A DNA stretch of 64,000 bases, taken from Candidatus Omnitrophota bacterium. Lineage in GTDB: Bacteria > Omnitrophota > Gorgyraeia > Zapsychrales > Fredricksoniimonadaceae. Every line of letters starts with the position of its first letter. Positions within the stretch are counted from its first letter, which is position 1. Under the pieces are notes generated by a model. The model was not told where the DNA came from and ran no database searches. It worked only from the letters and a program-made list of their open reading frames with translations. Below, in pieces: positions 34,001 to 42,482 of the stretch. The DNA lies in contig JADFZK010000011.1 of NCBI GenBank assembly GCA_015232565.1, forward strand, positions 358 through 64,357. Reading direction: 5' to 3'. A program made the position numbers and the translations under genes.

Positions 34001-34023
34001 AGAATTTACTGCATGTAATTCTT

Positions 34024-34161
34024 TTACGGCAAGCCGACCGGCTGGGCATTGTTGCAATTCAGGGACCACACACTGCCTGTCATCTGCATCATATTGATGA
34101 CCACCGGAGCAAAGCAGTCCACGCCGCGGGTCTTGATGCGCTGGATCTTAAACGTGTTCAT
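34024..34161 (-). CDS. 45-aa ORF that duplicates the C-terminal 40 residues of the giant protein (MNTFKIQRIKTRGVDCFAPVVINMMQMTGSVWSLNCNNAQPVGLP). Its ATG overlaps the yhcG-like stop (ATGA).
   Basis: Derived by reverse-complementing 34024-34161; not in the ORF track (<60 aa). It lies within direct-repeat copy A. Confidence 0.35.
   Translation of the reverse strand: MNTFKIQRIKTRGVDCFAPVVINMMQMTGSVWSLNCNNAQPVGLP
34026..34148. repeat. Direct-repeat copy A (123 bp, ~92% identical to 35335..35457)
   Basis: Direct alignment: acggcaagccgaccggctgggcattg...gcgctggatct. Confidence 0.9.
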
Positions 34162-35258
34162 CCCTGCGCCTCAAAGAATCTCTTCTGCTCTTGCTCAATC
34201 TGCGCCATCAAAACTTTCTCATTTGGTAACTGGAGCCTATACTTCGACGCAAATATCTTGTTGTCGAGCCCGCCCAGGGCGTATTCTGCAACGGTCTTTC
34301 TCTTATCCGCACACAAAACTATCCCCACCGGAGGATTCTCACCCGGCAGCATTTCTTTAGCTTTCAAATAATTCAAATACAAATTCATCTGCCCTGCATC
34401 AGCATGGGTGAACTCTCCAAGCTTCAAGTCGATTCCGACGAGGCATCGTAAAACACGATGGTACAAAAGCAAGTCCAAGCGATAATGCGCCCCTTCCAGT
34501 GTTATCCTTTTCTGACGGGCAACGAAGGTGAAACCAGCCCCCATCTCCAGCAAGAAATGTTCCAAATGCCTGATCAACCCATCCTCCAGATCGCTCTCGG
34601 AATATTCATCCCGCAGCCCCAGAAATTCAAGAACATACGGGTCTTTAACTTCATCCTCCGGCTTCAAAACAATTGGAGCCTTATGTGCCTTGCTGATAAC
34701 CGCTGCTTTTTTCTTTGATAACGCCGTCCGCTCATAAAGCATGGATTGCAGCTGGCGATTCAACTGCCGAACCGACCAATTACCCCGTGCGCACTCCACT
34801 TCGTAGAATGTTCTTTTATGTTCTTCATCTATCCGCATCAGCAAACAATAATGTGACCACGATAGCCCCAAAGCCCCGGACAGTGTCTGGGGTTTCTCGA
34901 CACCAAATTTCCCAGACGCTGTCTGGGAAATTACTGAACGCCGATAAAGCATGAAGAACCGTCTCATCAAACGCAGATTCTCCGACGAAAACCCTTTACC
35001 AAAACGTTTGGTCAGATCCTGGGCCAGTTTCAACAGCACCTCATCGCCATACTCTGCCCGCAGTGCACCCCCCTGCTCATGCTGAACGATACTGCGCCCA
35101 ATGGACCAATATGTGACCACTAAAGCCACATTCACCTGACGAACAGCGACTCTTCGTCCTTGCTCAATAAGCGAAGACAGCTCATTAACGAGACCAGAAT
35201 AACTGCGGGACTTTAATATAATTTTGGGCATGGCTTTATTATATCCACCACGTTTCAA
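34158..35258 (-). CDS. YhcG-family PDDEXK nuclease-domain protein (DUF1016-like)
   Basis: 366 aa. N-terminal DUF1016-like helical region, C-terminal PD-(D/E)XK-like ...LDLLLYH...VGIDLKLGEF. GC ~42%, below the core genes. Confidence 0.7.
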   Translation of the reverse strand: MKRGGYNKAMPKIILKSRSYSGLVNELSSLIEQGRRVAVRQVNVALVVTYWSIGRSIVQHEQGGALRAEYGDEVLLKLAQDLTKRFGKGFSSENLRLMRRFFMLYRRSVISQTASGKFGVEKPQTLSGALGLSWSHYCLLMRIDEEHKRTFYEVECARGNWSVRQLNRQLQSMLYERTALSKKKAAVISKAHKAPIVLKPEDEVKDPYVLEFLGLRDEYSESDLEDGLIRHLEHFLLEMGAGFTFVARQKRITLEGAHYRLDLLLYHRVLRCLVGIDLKLGEFTHADAGQMNLYLNYLKAKEMLPGENPPVGIVLCADKRKTVAEYALGGLDNKIFASKYRLQLPNEKVLMAQIEQEQKRFFEAQG

Positions 35259-35332
35259 CAGAACGGAAGATTTACCTGAAGTTCAGCAAACCCAGCGACT
35301 TTGAAATAGCATCCGGAGATGCAAACTCAACA

Positions 35333-38300
35333 TCACGGCAAGCCGACCGGCCGGGCATTGTTACTATTTAGGGACCAGACACTGCCCGTCATCTGCATCA
35401 TATTGATGACCACCGGAGCAAAGCCGTCCACGCCGCGGGTCTTGATGCGCTGGATCTCGGCAGGATCAATGTTGACCTTAACCCCGTTTCCGGTGCGTTC
35501 CACGGTCATATTGAGCATGGCGGAATCGAAGTCGATACCACCCACCTCACTGTTCGCAGAATAATCAATTCCTAACGCTTTAAGATATCTAGGAATATCA
35601 TCGCCTGGTTTATTATGTTCTTTATTCCGGTCTTCTCGACTAACGGGAAAGGAAGATGCATGTAAGCGTGTATTATTAGGATCAGTACCATTTCCTCCCA
35701 TAATGCTGCGCAACTCAACTTTCTCTTTCACAGTCAACGCCGCTCCCGCATGCGCCATACTATCCAAAGGCTCAATCAACCATACCTCCACCTCACCACT
35801 GGTCACATTCCCAACCACCGACTCAAGAAGATTAACCGTTTGCCCTTCTTTTTGAATAGTGCGCCCGGCCAGCCCGTTATAAAAATCCCGGGTCCAACTA
35901 TCGGAAGGCCTAAAACGCGGCAACTGATGAATAACACGAAGACCCAGCTCCTTCAATCTGGCCTTTACCTTCTCTTGAAGTTCGTCGATATTGGGTAAAG
36001 CCAAAGAATCCGGACGAAACATAATACTAGCCACTTTATTAAGCCCAGCCCCAGCCACCAGGGCCGGTGCGGCTGACTGCAATTCATCATTAACTTTCTT
36101 GGCCAATGCTTGCGCTATTACCATCTTGGCCACTGCCAAAGGAAGAAAAAAGTCCTTATCTGTTAAAGTTGAATCCAATTTTTTTGCTTTTTCGGCATCC
36201 TGTTCGCTCAAACTTAATTCCTGCGCTATGTTTTCCGGAGAAACATCAAATCCATTTTTCATGGCGCTCGTCAACCAATTATTTACGATTTGATAATCGT
36301 AAACGCCAGGCGTTCCATTATAAATATTCCACATTGATACACGAAGTTTGATTGCCAGCGCACGATAAACATCATTTGATTCAATGTCGAGTAATATACT
36401 GCTAGGAAGCAAAGCCAGGGCCCATTCAAAACCAGGGATCCCGGCCAGTGCCAGGCGAATCGCCGTAGAAGAAGCACCGCCCAGATTACGATCCTGATTC
36501 AACATAATCCGACCGCTTTTAATAAGATCGTCAACATCGAGCGTTTCTCCATGAGTCTTCTCGCCATCAAACGAACTGCGTTCATTAAAAAGACCTATCA
36601 CCTGGGTTGTTTCTGTCACTAGGGCGGTTTTTAACACCTCTGTCTGCGCCGCAATAATATCCAGCCCAAAACCTTCACTTAAAAGACGCCCGATAAAATC
36701 TGCTTCCCAACCGGTTTCCGGCATTTCTTCCACCCCGCTACTGATCTTCACTAAACGTTCAACGCGTTCTAAAACATCCTCTAACAATTTGGGAATTGTA
36801 TCCCGCACAACTTTGCCATCAATCTCTTCAGGAAGCCTTAATCCGCTTATTGGATCCCTTTTCTTTCCCGGAGCCTTACCGTGCATATGATCAGTACCAA
36901 CAAGGTAATAAATAATTAATTCCTTAAGCTTCTCCGGATTCGTTAATGCCAGCCTAACCAGGAATTCAACAACTTGCGTTTCTCCATCGACAGTTCCAAT
37001 ATGCTCCAGCGGCATCGAAATGAACGGCTTCATCCCAGGTTTTTTAACGAAACGCGATATCATTTTCTTGCGATGAACCTCAGTAAACAAAGTTAAAATC
37101 TTGCGAAAATCGGCCCCTTGCAGACGCATTATACAATTTGCGGTCTTTGTTCTAACAAAACCTCTCCTTATCGCATCATCCTGACCAAAATGATACGGAT
37201 CGGCCGCCAACGGATAAAACACAAGTGCATGCTCATTGATTCTGTCATCCATCACCGCCATCCCAATACCTGCCGTGGAACGTAAAATCCTCCTTTCTTC
37301 GTCATCCAAAATAAACTTAATTTTCATTTTTGTTTCTGGTGTTAATCCCGGACGCTCAAGCAACTTCCAGTTAAGTTCTTGCAACAACTCGTTTTCCATA
37401 ACCAGAACATCACTTACGGTCTTATTTTCGCGAATTTCATCAGCGTACTCTTTGCGCGCCCATGAAAACGCGGCCAATTGTTTGCCCAGCCAATCGTCCT
37501 GAGTAACTGCAAAGATCACCGCACGGGTCAACATTCCAAAGGCATTCTTTCTATCATGCACTCGTTTCAAAAACGCTTTCTCTAAAACCAGGCGTACTCC
37601 ATCGTAATAAACCCCAAAAGTTTCTTTCTTTCCATTGTCAACCACCATAACCGGCTTGCCTGTTTGACCCAACACATGCCAGGCCAAAGAAATGCTCGAC
37701 TCGTATTCGTACTCGCTTTCAATCGGAACCATTTCATTATACTTAACCGTAGATAAAGCAACGGGGCTATCAAAACCGGCATTGGAGAAACGAGCATCAT
37801 TAATCAGTTCGTCAATCAAAATGGTTCTTAATGCCTTCCCATCCACATCAACTGGAGAATTGATCTTAACCTCTCGCCCGTTGAATTCCAAAAAAACCGA
37901 AGTTTTGTCCTTAAACTTAATTCTGATCCTGTTATTCCCCATAACTTCAAAAGTGTCTCCTTCAGCAATCAGATCATTAGCATCCAGAACCAGCTCGTTT
38001 TTCCGACCCAATAAATTAGCCACAGCAAATGCCACACTTGGCAGTGATTGTGACGTTAAAATCCCTGCCGGGAAATCAGTGGGCAACATTACAATACGAG
38101 TGAAAACTTTATTCGGTGTTGCCAATGCCACCGTTGCTTTTATTTGCTGTCCATTATTTGTAGCGCTCTCACTGAAATCTTTCGATGCCGCGGACTGAGG
38201 CCTGGCCTCCAGACGCTGCGCCAAATCAACATAACTTTCTCCACCGGAAAAATACTTACGCGGAATTATTTCGCCTGTTACCGGGTCAGCGTCTTCATGA

Positions 38301-39283
38301 ATCAAATTAAAAGCCCCCTTGCTGAATTGCTTCAAGTATTCCTTATAAATACGCTTGCGAGCATAAGGATCATTGGAATTCACTCCGGCCGTTTTCTTCT
38401 GGTTTGCGTACACCTGGGACAACAAGCTGTCTTTGAGCGCTTTTTTGTACCAAGTCGCCAGCACCATAGCGCCGTATACCTGGCGCAATTGGGCAAAAGC
38501 TTCTCCAGTGTTAACTTCTTTTTCAATCGCCGGGAGCATTACTTCGCGCATTACCTTCAACTCCATCTCCTGCATGGCATCCGAAGGCGCCGCCTGATCC
38601 TCGGCCGCACCCTGCGCCTTACTGGCCGCCAGCCCAAAATAGTCCCGCGCCAGCATTACTTTCATGGAAAGCTCACCCAGTAAGACCGTATTGTTATTCT
38701 CGTAAACCACGGCCTTGTTTGGCACTATCCAAACCTTGCTTAGGGTGTCCAGCGGAACCTCGGTAGTACCCAGCTGTTCTTTGGCCGCGGCATATACCCG
38801 GCTCCAGAAAGCTTTTCCGGTATCCGAATCCGGATGCAAAATGCTTGAAGCATAACGCTTTAGCGCACTATCCTGCGCCAACATAACGCGGCCCATCTCG
38901 GTTAACCCGAGCTCATTGGGAATAATGCGATCGTTCTCGTAAGGGGAAAGGTTAACCCACAACTCTTTTTCGGGTATCGTTACTGCGGCCAGAAAATATT
39001 TCGCAAGTTTCTCTGTTTCTTTCTTTAACGCTTCACCGCTTAACTCGGTGGAACCGTTATCTACCACAAAATCAAACACCAAGGGCTCATCAACACGCAC
39101 ATTTAGAGCGCGCAGATGTACCGGAAAATATCCAGCATTCGCGGAAACGGTAGCAACAGCCGGCAAGTTAAAAGCCACCTGCGCCATTGCCGGCACCGGG
39201 AAAACCGAATTAACGCTAAAAACCAAAGCTAAAACTGCCGCCATCCGCTTTACAAAACCAGACTTCTTTGCGCAATTCAACAT
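35333..39283 (-). CDS. Giant secreted protein of unknown function (1316 aa, N-terminal signal peptide)
   Basis: MAAVLALVFSVNSVFPVPAMAQV signal-like N-terminus. No domain recognised by eye. ~45% GC versus ~58% for the core genes. SD GAGGA lies 6 nt upstream of the ATG. Confidence 0.7.
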   Translation of the reverse strand: MLNCAKKSGFVKRMAAVLALVFSVNSVFPVPAMAQVAFNLPAVATVSANAGYFPVHLRALNVRVDEPLVFDFVVDNGSTELSGEALKKETEKLAKYFLAAVTIPEKELWVNLSPYENDRIIPNELGLTEMGRVMLAQDSALKRYASSILHPDSDTGKAFWSRVYAAAKEQLGTTEVPLDTLSKVWIVPNKAVVYENNNTVLLGELSMKVMLARDYFGLAASKAQGAAEDQAAPSDAMQEMELKVMREVMLPAIEKEVNTGEAFAQLRQVYGAMVLATWYKKALKDSLLSQVYANQKKTAGVNSNDPYARKRIYKEYLKQFSKGAFNLIHEDADPVTGEIIPRKYFSGGESYVDLAQRLEARPQSAASKDFSESATNNGQQIKATVALATPNKVFTRIVMLPTDFPAGILTSQSLPSVAFAVANLLGRKNELVLDANDLIAEGDTFEVMGNNRIRIKFKDKTSVFLEFNGREVKINSPVDVDGKALRTILIDELINDARFSNAGFDSPVALSTVKYNEMVPIESEYEYESSISLAWHVLGQTGKPVMVVDNGKKETFGVYYDGVRLVLEKAFLKRVHDRKNAFGMLTRAVIFAVTQDDWLGKQLAAFSWARKEYADEIRENKTVSDVLVMENELLQELNWKLLERPGLTPETKMKIKFILDDEERRILRSTAGIGMAVMDDRINEHALVFYPLAADPYHFGQDDAIRRGFVRTKTANCIMRLQGADFRKILTLFTEVHRKKMISRFVKKPGMKPFISMPLEHIGTVDGETQVVEFLVRLALTNPEKLKELIIYYLVGTDHMHGKAPGKKRDPISGLRLPEEIDGKVVRDTIPKLLEDVLERVERLVKISSGVEEMPETGWEADFIGRLLSEGFGLDIIAAQTEVLKTALVTETTQVIGLFNERSSFDGEKTHGETLDVDDLIKSGRIMLNQDRNLGGASSTAIRLALAGIPGFEWALALLPSSILLDIESNDVYRALAIKLRVSMWNIYNGTPGVYDYQIVNNWLTSAMKNGFDVSPENIAQELSLSEQDAEKAKKLDSTLTDKDFFLPLAVAKMVIAQALAKKVNDELQSAAPALVAGAGLNKVASIMFRPDSLALPNIDELQEKVKARLKELGLRVIHQLPRFRPSDSWTRDFYNGLAGRTIQKEGQTVNLLESVVGNVTSGEVEVWLIEPLDSMAHAGAALTVKEKVELRSIMGGNGTDPNNTRLHASSFPVSREDRNKEHNKPGDDIPRYLKALGIDYSANSEVGGIDFDSAMLNMTVERTGNGVKVNIDPAEIQRIKTRGVDGFAPVVINMMQMTGSVWSLNSNNARPVGLP
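35335..35457. repeat. Direct-repeat copy B (123 bp) covering the last 40 codons and stop of the giant gene
   Basis: Aligned to 34026..34148; the copies differ by ~10 substitutions. Confidence 0.9.
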
Positions 39284-39350
39284 AAAGATCCTCTGTTTTA
39301 TGTTAGTTTATCAGTTTTGCTGAATATAGTATAAAACGGACATCCTTGCA

Positions 39351-39366
39351 ATGAAAAAATCTTTGC
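39351..39366. promoter_or_regulatory. Perfect 16-bp palindrome CTTTGCTttAGCAAAG in the promoter region of the giant gene; candidate operator
   Basis: 7-bp inverted-repeat arms with a 2-bp spacer, ~70 bp upstream of ATG 39283, between TTGCAT/TATACT-like hexamers. Confidence 0.35.
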
Positions 39367-39413
39367 TTTAGCAAAGTATGCAATATATTTCAGAGAAAAT
39401 CAAGGGGACGAAT

Positions 39414-39466
39414 AAAAAAACCGGGCCAAGACACTTCCCATCTCGTGGGAAACGCTCAACCCGGCA
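39414..39466 (-). terminator. Intrinsic terminator on the minus strand: a 10-bp stem (GCCGGGUUGAG/CUUGGCCCGG) enclosing a UCCCA-CGAGA-UGGGA hairpin, followed by U7
   Basis: Minus strand reads ...gccggguugagcguuucccacgagaugggaagugucuuggcccgguuuuuuu. Confidence 0.5.
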
Positions 39467-39575
39467 CTAAACATCGGGGGCTGTCAGGGTGGCAAGGAAG
39501 TACAACGAGTCTGGTGGATTCGTCTTTGGGGAGGGTTCCTGACAACCCCGTATCTAATCGGCCCGGCATAACCTC
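39466..39575 (-). ncRNA. Candidate structured RNA element (GC-rich rod-like hairpin). The cgggggctgtcagg (39475-39488) / cctgacaaccccg (39540-39552) helix is nested inside ccgggcc (39421) / ggcccgg (39561). Class and strand are unresolved; it could be an sRNA or a 3'-UTR structure.
   Basis: Long-range complementarity seen directly, in an otherwise AT-rich 520-bp intergenic region, followed on the minus strand by the terminator above. Confidence 0.3.
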
Positions 39576-39802
39576 CGAACCCTATCTTGCAAAGAACGCG
39601 GCGACCACTCCCGCCTAATTGAAAGCATACCCTATAAAAACGCTAAAAACAGCCCTTTTGGCGAAAAACGGGAAAACGTTTGCCCGATTTGCGCGGAATT
39701 TTTTTGCCAAAACATAAATGCTCGTCGGGAAATCACACCTTTAGAAGCTAAAAAGGCGTGCCAGGAAGGCTGAAAAATAATTAAAAAAGTTGCTAAAAAA
39801 GC

Positions 39803-41125
39803 TTAAAAATTGCCCAAAATAACGCGCCGCTCGTCGGAGATGGAATAAAACCGCACCGCCTCTTTTAGCCCGCAGGCCTTAAAGGCGATCTTTTTCTTTT
39901 TCAGGAACCGGGCAGCCTTCAACGCCAGCACGGTTTTCTTGCCCGCTCCGCAAGCGGCAATGAAAAGTTCCGGGCCTTTACGGCAGAGCTCTTCCACATC
40001 GCGTTCGGCCAGATAGGACGGCGTAATATCACCAAGCTCCTTGACCTTGCCATCGGCGCGAATAAAGAACGGGCCCGACATCAGGCGCCCCTTGACACTC
40101 AATTTACCGGAAGGCGTTACCCGGACCACGGGATAATAGGGCGCGTCTTTCAGGTCCCGGGGATCACATTCCTGGCGCACCGCCGCCACTGCCCCGAGCA
40201 TGGTGGCATCGTCGCCCAGCTTGGCCTGCAAGACCCGGGGCGTATTTAATCTGGCGAAGAACGGATCCTGTTTCAACGCCCGCTCCACGACCGGTAAAAT
40301 ATATTCTCCGCACGACTCAACCAGGCCCCCGCCAAAAATAAAAGCTTCCGGATTGAATATATGGTTAAGCGATACGCAGGCACTGCCCAGCGCCTCGGAA
40401 GACCTGCGGATAACGCGCGTAACCAGCGGGTCTTTGGCTTGCAGGGCTTTTTTTATTGCGCCGCTTTTAATTTGCCGCAATTCTTTACCCGCAATATTCT
40501 CGATCAGCGAAGCTTCGCCGTCCTTGACCGCCGCCCGGATATCCCGCTCTATAGCCCAGCGGCCAGCCAGCGCTTCCAGGCAGCCGGTATTGCCGCAAGT
40601 GCACTTTGGCCCGGCGGGATCCACGCTCATATGCCCCAGCTCCGCCGCCGCGCCCTGGGCGCCATCCACCATCCGCCCGCCGGCGATCACGCCGCCGCCC
40701 ACGCCCGTACCCGGAAAAATACCCACTACATTATTGGCTTTACGCGCCGCGCCCAGCCAGCGTTCGCCCATTACCCCGAAATTAACATCGTTGCCTACCG
40801 CCGCCGCAGTGCCGTATTTCTTCACCAGGATCTTTCTTAAATCCACCCCGCTCAGCGAGATGTTAGGGGTCACCACCACCTTGCCAGCGCCATCAACCAC
40901 GCCCGGCACCGCCACTCCAATGCCCAGGATATTCTTGAGCTGAACGTTCTCTTCCTTTAACAACTCCTTGATCACCTGGTACAAAGCCGCCAAAATGGCC
41001 CCCGCGCTGGCCTTGGCCGGCGTGGGCACCTTGATAGCGCGCGCGATCTTGCCCGAAGGGCTTACCAGCCCGCCGTAGATCTTGGTGCCGCCGATATCTA
41101 TACCGATGAAGTATTTTTTAAACAT
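39803..41125 (-). CDS. ROK-family sugar kinase (candidate polyphosphate/ATP glucokinase) with a ~110-aa C-terminal extension (Mth938-like?)
   Basis: FIGIDIGGTKI ... ROK Cys motif CTCGNTGCLE. The extra C-terminal segment reads ...ELFIAACGAGKKTVLALKAARFLKKKKIAFKA. The ORF track starts 36 nt further upstream. Confidence 0.75.
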   Translation of the reverse strand: MFKKYFIGIDIGGTKIYGGLVSPSGKIARAIKVPTPAKASAGAILAALYQVIKELLKEENVQLKNILGIGVAVPGVVDGAGKVVVTPNISLSGVDLRKILVKKYGTAAAVGNDVNFGVMGERWLGAARKANNVVGIFPGTGVGGGVIAGGRMVDGAQGAAAELGHMSVDPAGPKCTCGNTGCLEALAGRWAIERDIRAAVKDGEASLIENIAGKELRQIKSGAIKKALQAKDPLVTRVIRRSSEALGSACVSLNHIFNPEAFIFGGGLVESCGEYILPVVERALKQDPFFARLNTPRVLQAKLGDDATMLGAVAAVRQECDPRDLKDAPYYPVVRVTPSGKLSVKGRLMSGPFFIRADGKVKELGDITPSYLAERDVEELCRKGPELFIAACGAGKKTVLALKAARFLKKKKIAFKACGLKEAVRFYSISDERRVILGNF

Positions 41126-41135
41126 AATTGGAATA

Positions 41136-42482
41136 CTACACGACCGCCGAACAGAATTCAACAGGCAAACCGAATATCCGCTCCAGCAAGTCGGACTTTA
41201 CTTTAGCGGCGGATAATTCGGCGGCAATATCCGCGCCCTTGTTAACGCGCACAATACAGTCGATCTTGTGCAAACCGACCGCCAGATCCACTCCGGCCAC
41301 CAGGGCCCGATGGGTCCGGTCCAGGCCATCGGCAATACGCAGGCAAGCCGCCAGCACACCCACGTTCTCCTGATCATAAAAAGCCAGATCAGCATAGACC
41401 TTGTGCTTGCTGTCCGGCAAACTCCCCCGGTGATAACGGGCCGCTAAAGCCACCATGGCCCGCTCGGCCGCGTTTAACGGTAAAGTACGGTCTTGTAAAA
41501 TTATATCCCGCGAAGCTTTATGGTGCCCTTCCCGGCCATTGACCCACCCGGTATCATGCAATACAGCGGCCACGCGTAAATAGACCTCTTCACGCCAGCC
41601 CAGGCGATGCAGGTTTTTCAGCCCGCTGAATAGCTCTCCAGCCAAACGCGCCACCTGCAGTTCATGGTCCCCTTGCGGGAACTTGCGGCTTAAGGCGCCC
41701 GCCGCCGCCAGGCATTTCTCCGCCTCGGCTTTATTCAGGCCGTCCTGCCCCTCCAGACTGCGCGCTTGCAGGAACGAACGGATCAGCCGCGGCGAAAAAT
41801 CCCGCGCCCGCATCTCGTCCATTACGCTATCTCCGGAATAAGGCACCCGCCAATGTTCCACGGCCAGCCGCTCCGGACTGATATCCAGCACACAATACGA
41901 AGCGCGCGTATCACCATCAAAAGACCGGCCCACCCCGCCGGGATTAATAAAACGCACCCCGTCAACCGTCCGGTCAAAGAACTCATGCGTGTGCCCGCAC
42001 AAAACCACCTTTACCCCCTGGGGGCGCACTTCCGCCGCCAGGCTTTGCAATTTTTCTACCGCCGTACGCGGGGTAATGCCGTCGTTAATCCCGCCCGGAC
42101 TGCCATGCGTCAACAAAAGGCTCCAGCCGGCCACGTCCAACAATTCAGTCCGGGGCAGGCGCGCAATGAATTCCCGACTAACGGAGTTCAAAGCCTGATT
42201 GGTCCAGGCAAAAGAATAAACCTTGTCGGGGTCCTTGCCGGCGGAACGCATCTTGTCCGCATGGCTGTTATCGGCGCATTTAATATCGTGATTACCCAGG
42301 ACATGGCGGGAACATTGCTTCGCCAGCAAAGCCACCACCTGATTAGGGAACGGCGCGTAACCCACCATATCACCCAGGTTCCAGCTTTCATTAACGGCGC
42401 GGGACTGCGCGTCCTGGATAACTGCCTGCAGAGCGGGAAGGTTAGCGTGAACATCCGCGAAAAGGGCGATCCGCGTGCTCAT
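41136..42482 (-). CDS. Calcineurin-like metallophosphoesterase fused to a C-terminal HD domain
   Basis: IALFADVHAN, GDMVGYAPFP and LGNHD (MPP motifs), then AAVLHDTGW (HD). The start at MSTRIALF gives an ATGA overlap with the CHAD gene stop. Confidence 0.7.
   Translation of the reverse strand: MSTRIALFADVHANLPALQAVIQDAQSRAVNESWNLGDMVGYAPFPNQVVALLAKQCSRHVLGNHDIKCADNSHADKMRSAGKDPDKVYSFAWTNQALNSVSREFIARLPRTELLDVAGWSLLLTHGSPGGINDGITPRTAVEKLQSLAAEVRPQGVKVVLCGHTHEFFDRTVDGVRFINPGGVGRSFDGDTRASYCVLDISPERLAVEHWRVPYSGDSVMDEMRARDFSPRLIRSFLQARSLEGQDGLNKAEAEKCLAAAGALSRKFPQGDHELQVARLAGELFSGLKNLHRLGWREEVYLRVAAVLHDTGWVNGREGHHKASRDIILQDRTLPLNAAERAMVALAARYHRGSLPDSKHKVYADLAFYDQENVGVLAACLRIADGLDRTHRALVAGVDLAVGLHKIDCIVRVNKGADIAAELSAAKVKSDLLERIFGLPVEFCSAVV

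Noticed and set aside
34151-35334. IS element or transposon interpretation of the yhcG-like insertion
   Set aside because: No transposase/integrase ORF and no inverted terminal repeats are present. The flanking repeats are long (123 bp), direct and diverged (~92%), unlike target-site duplications. Kept as an insertion or duplication of unknown mechanism.
39421-39600. tRNA, tmRNA, RNase P RNA or canonical SRP RNA in the GC-rich intergenic element
   Set aside because: I could not find T-loop GGTTCGAATCC-like motifs, a tmRNA tag/3' end, RNase P conserved blocks, or the SRP domain IV GGAA-tetraloop consensus. Left as an unclassified structured element.
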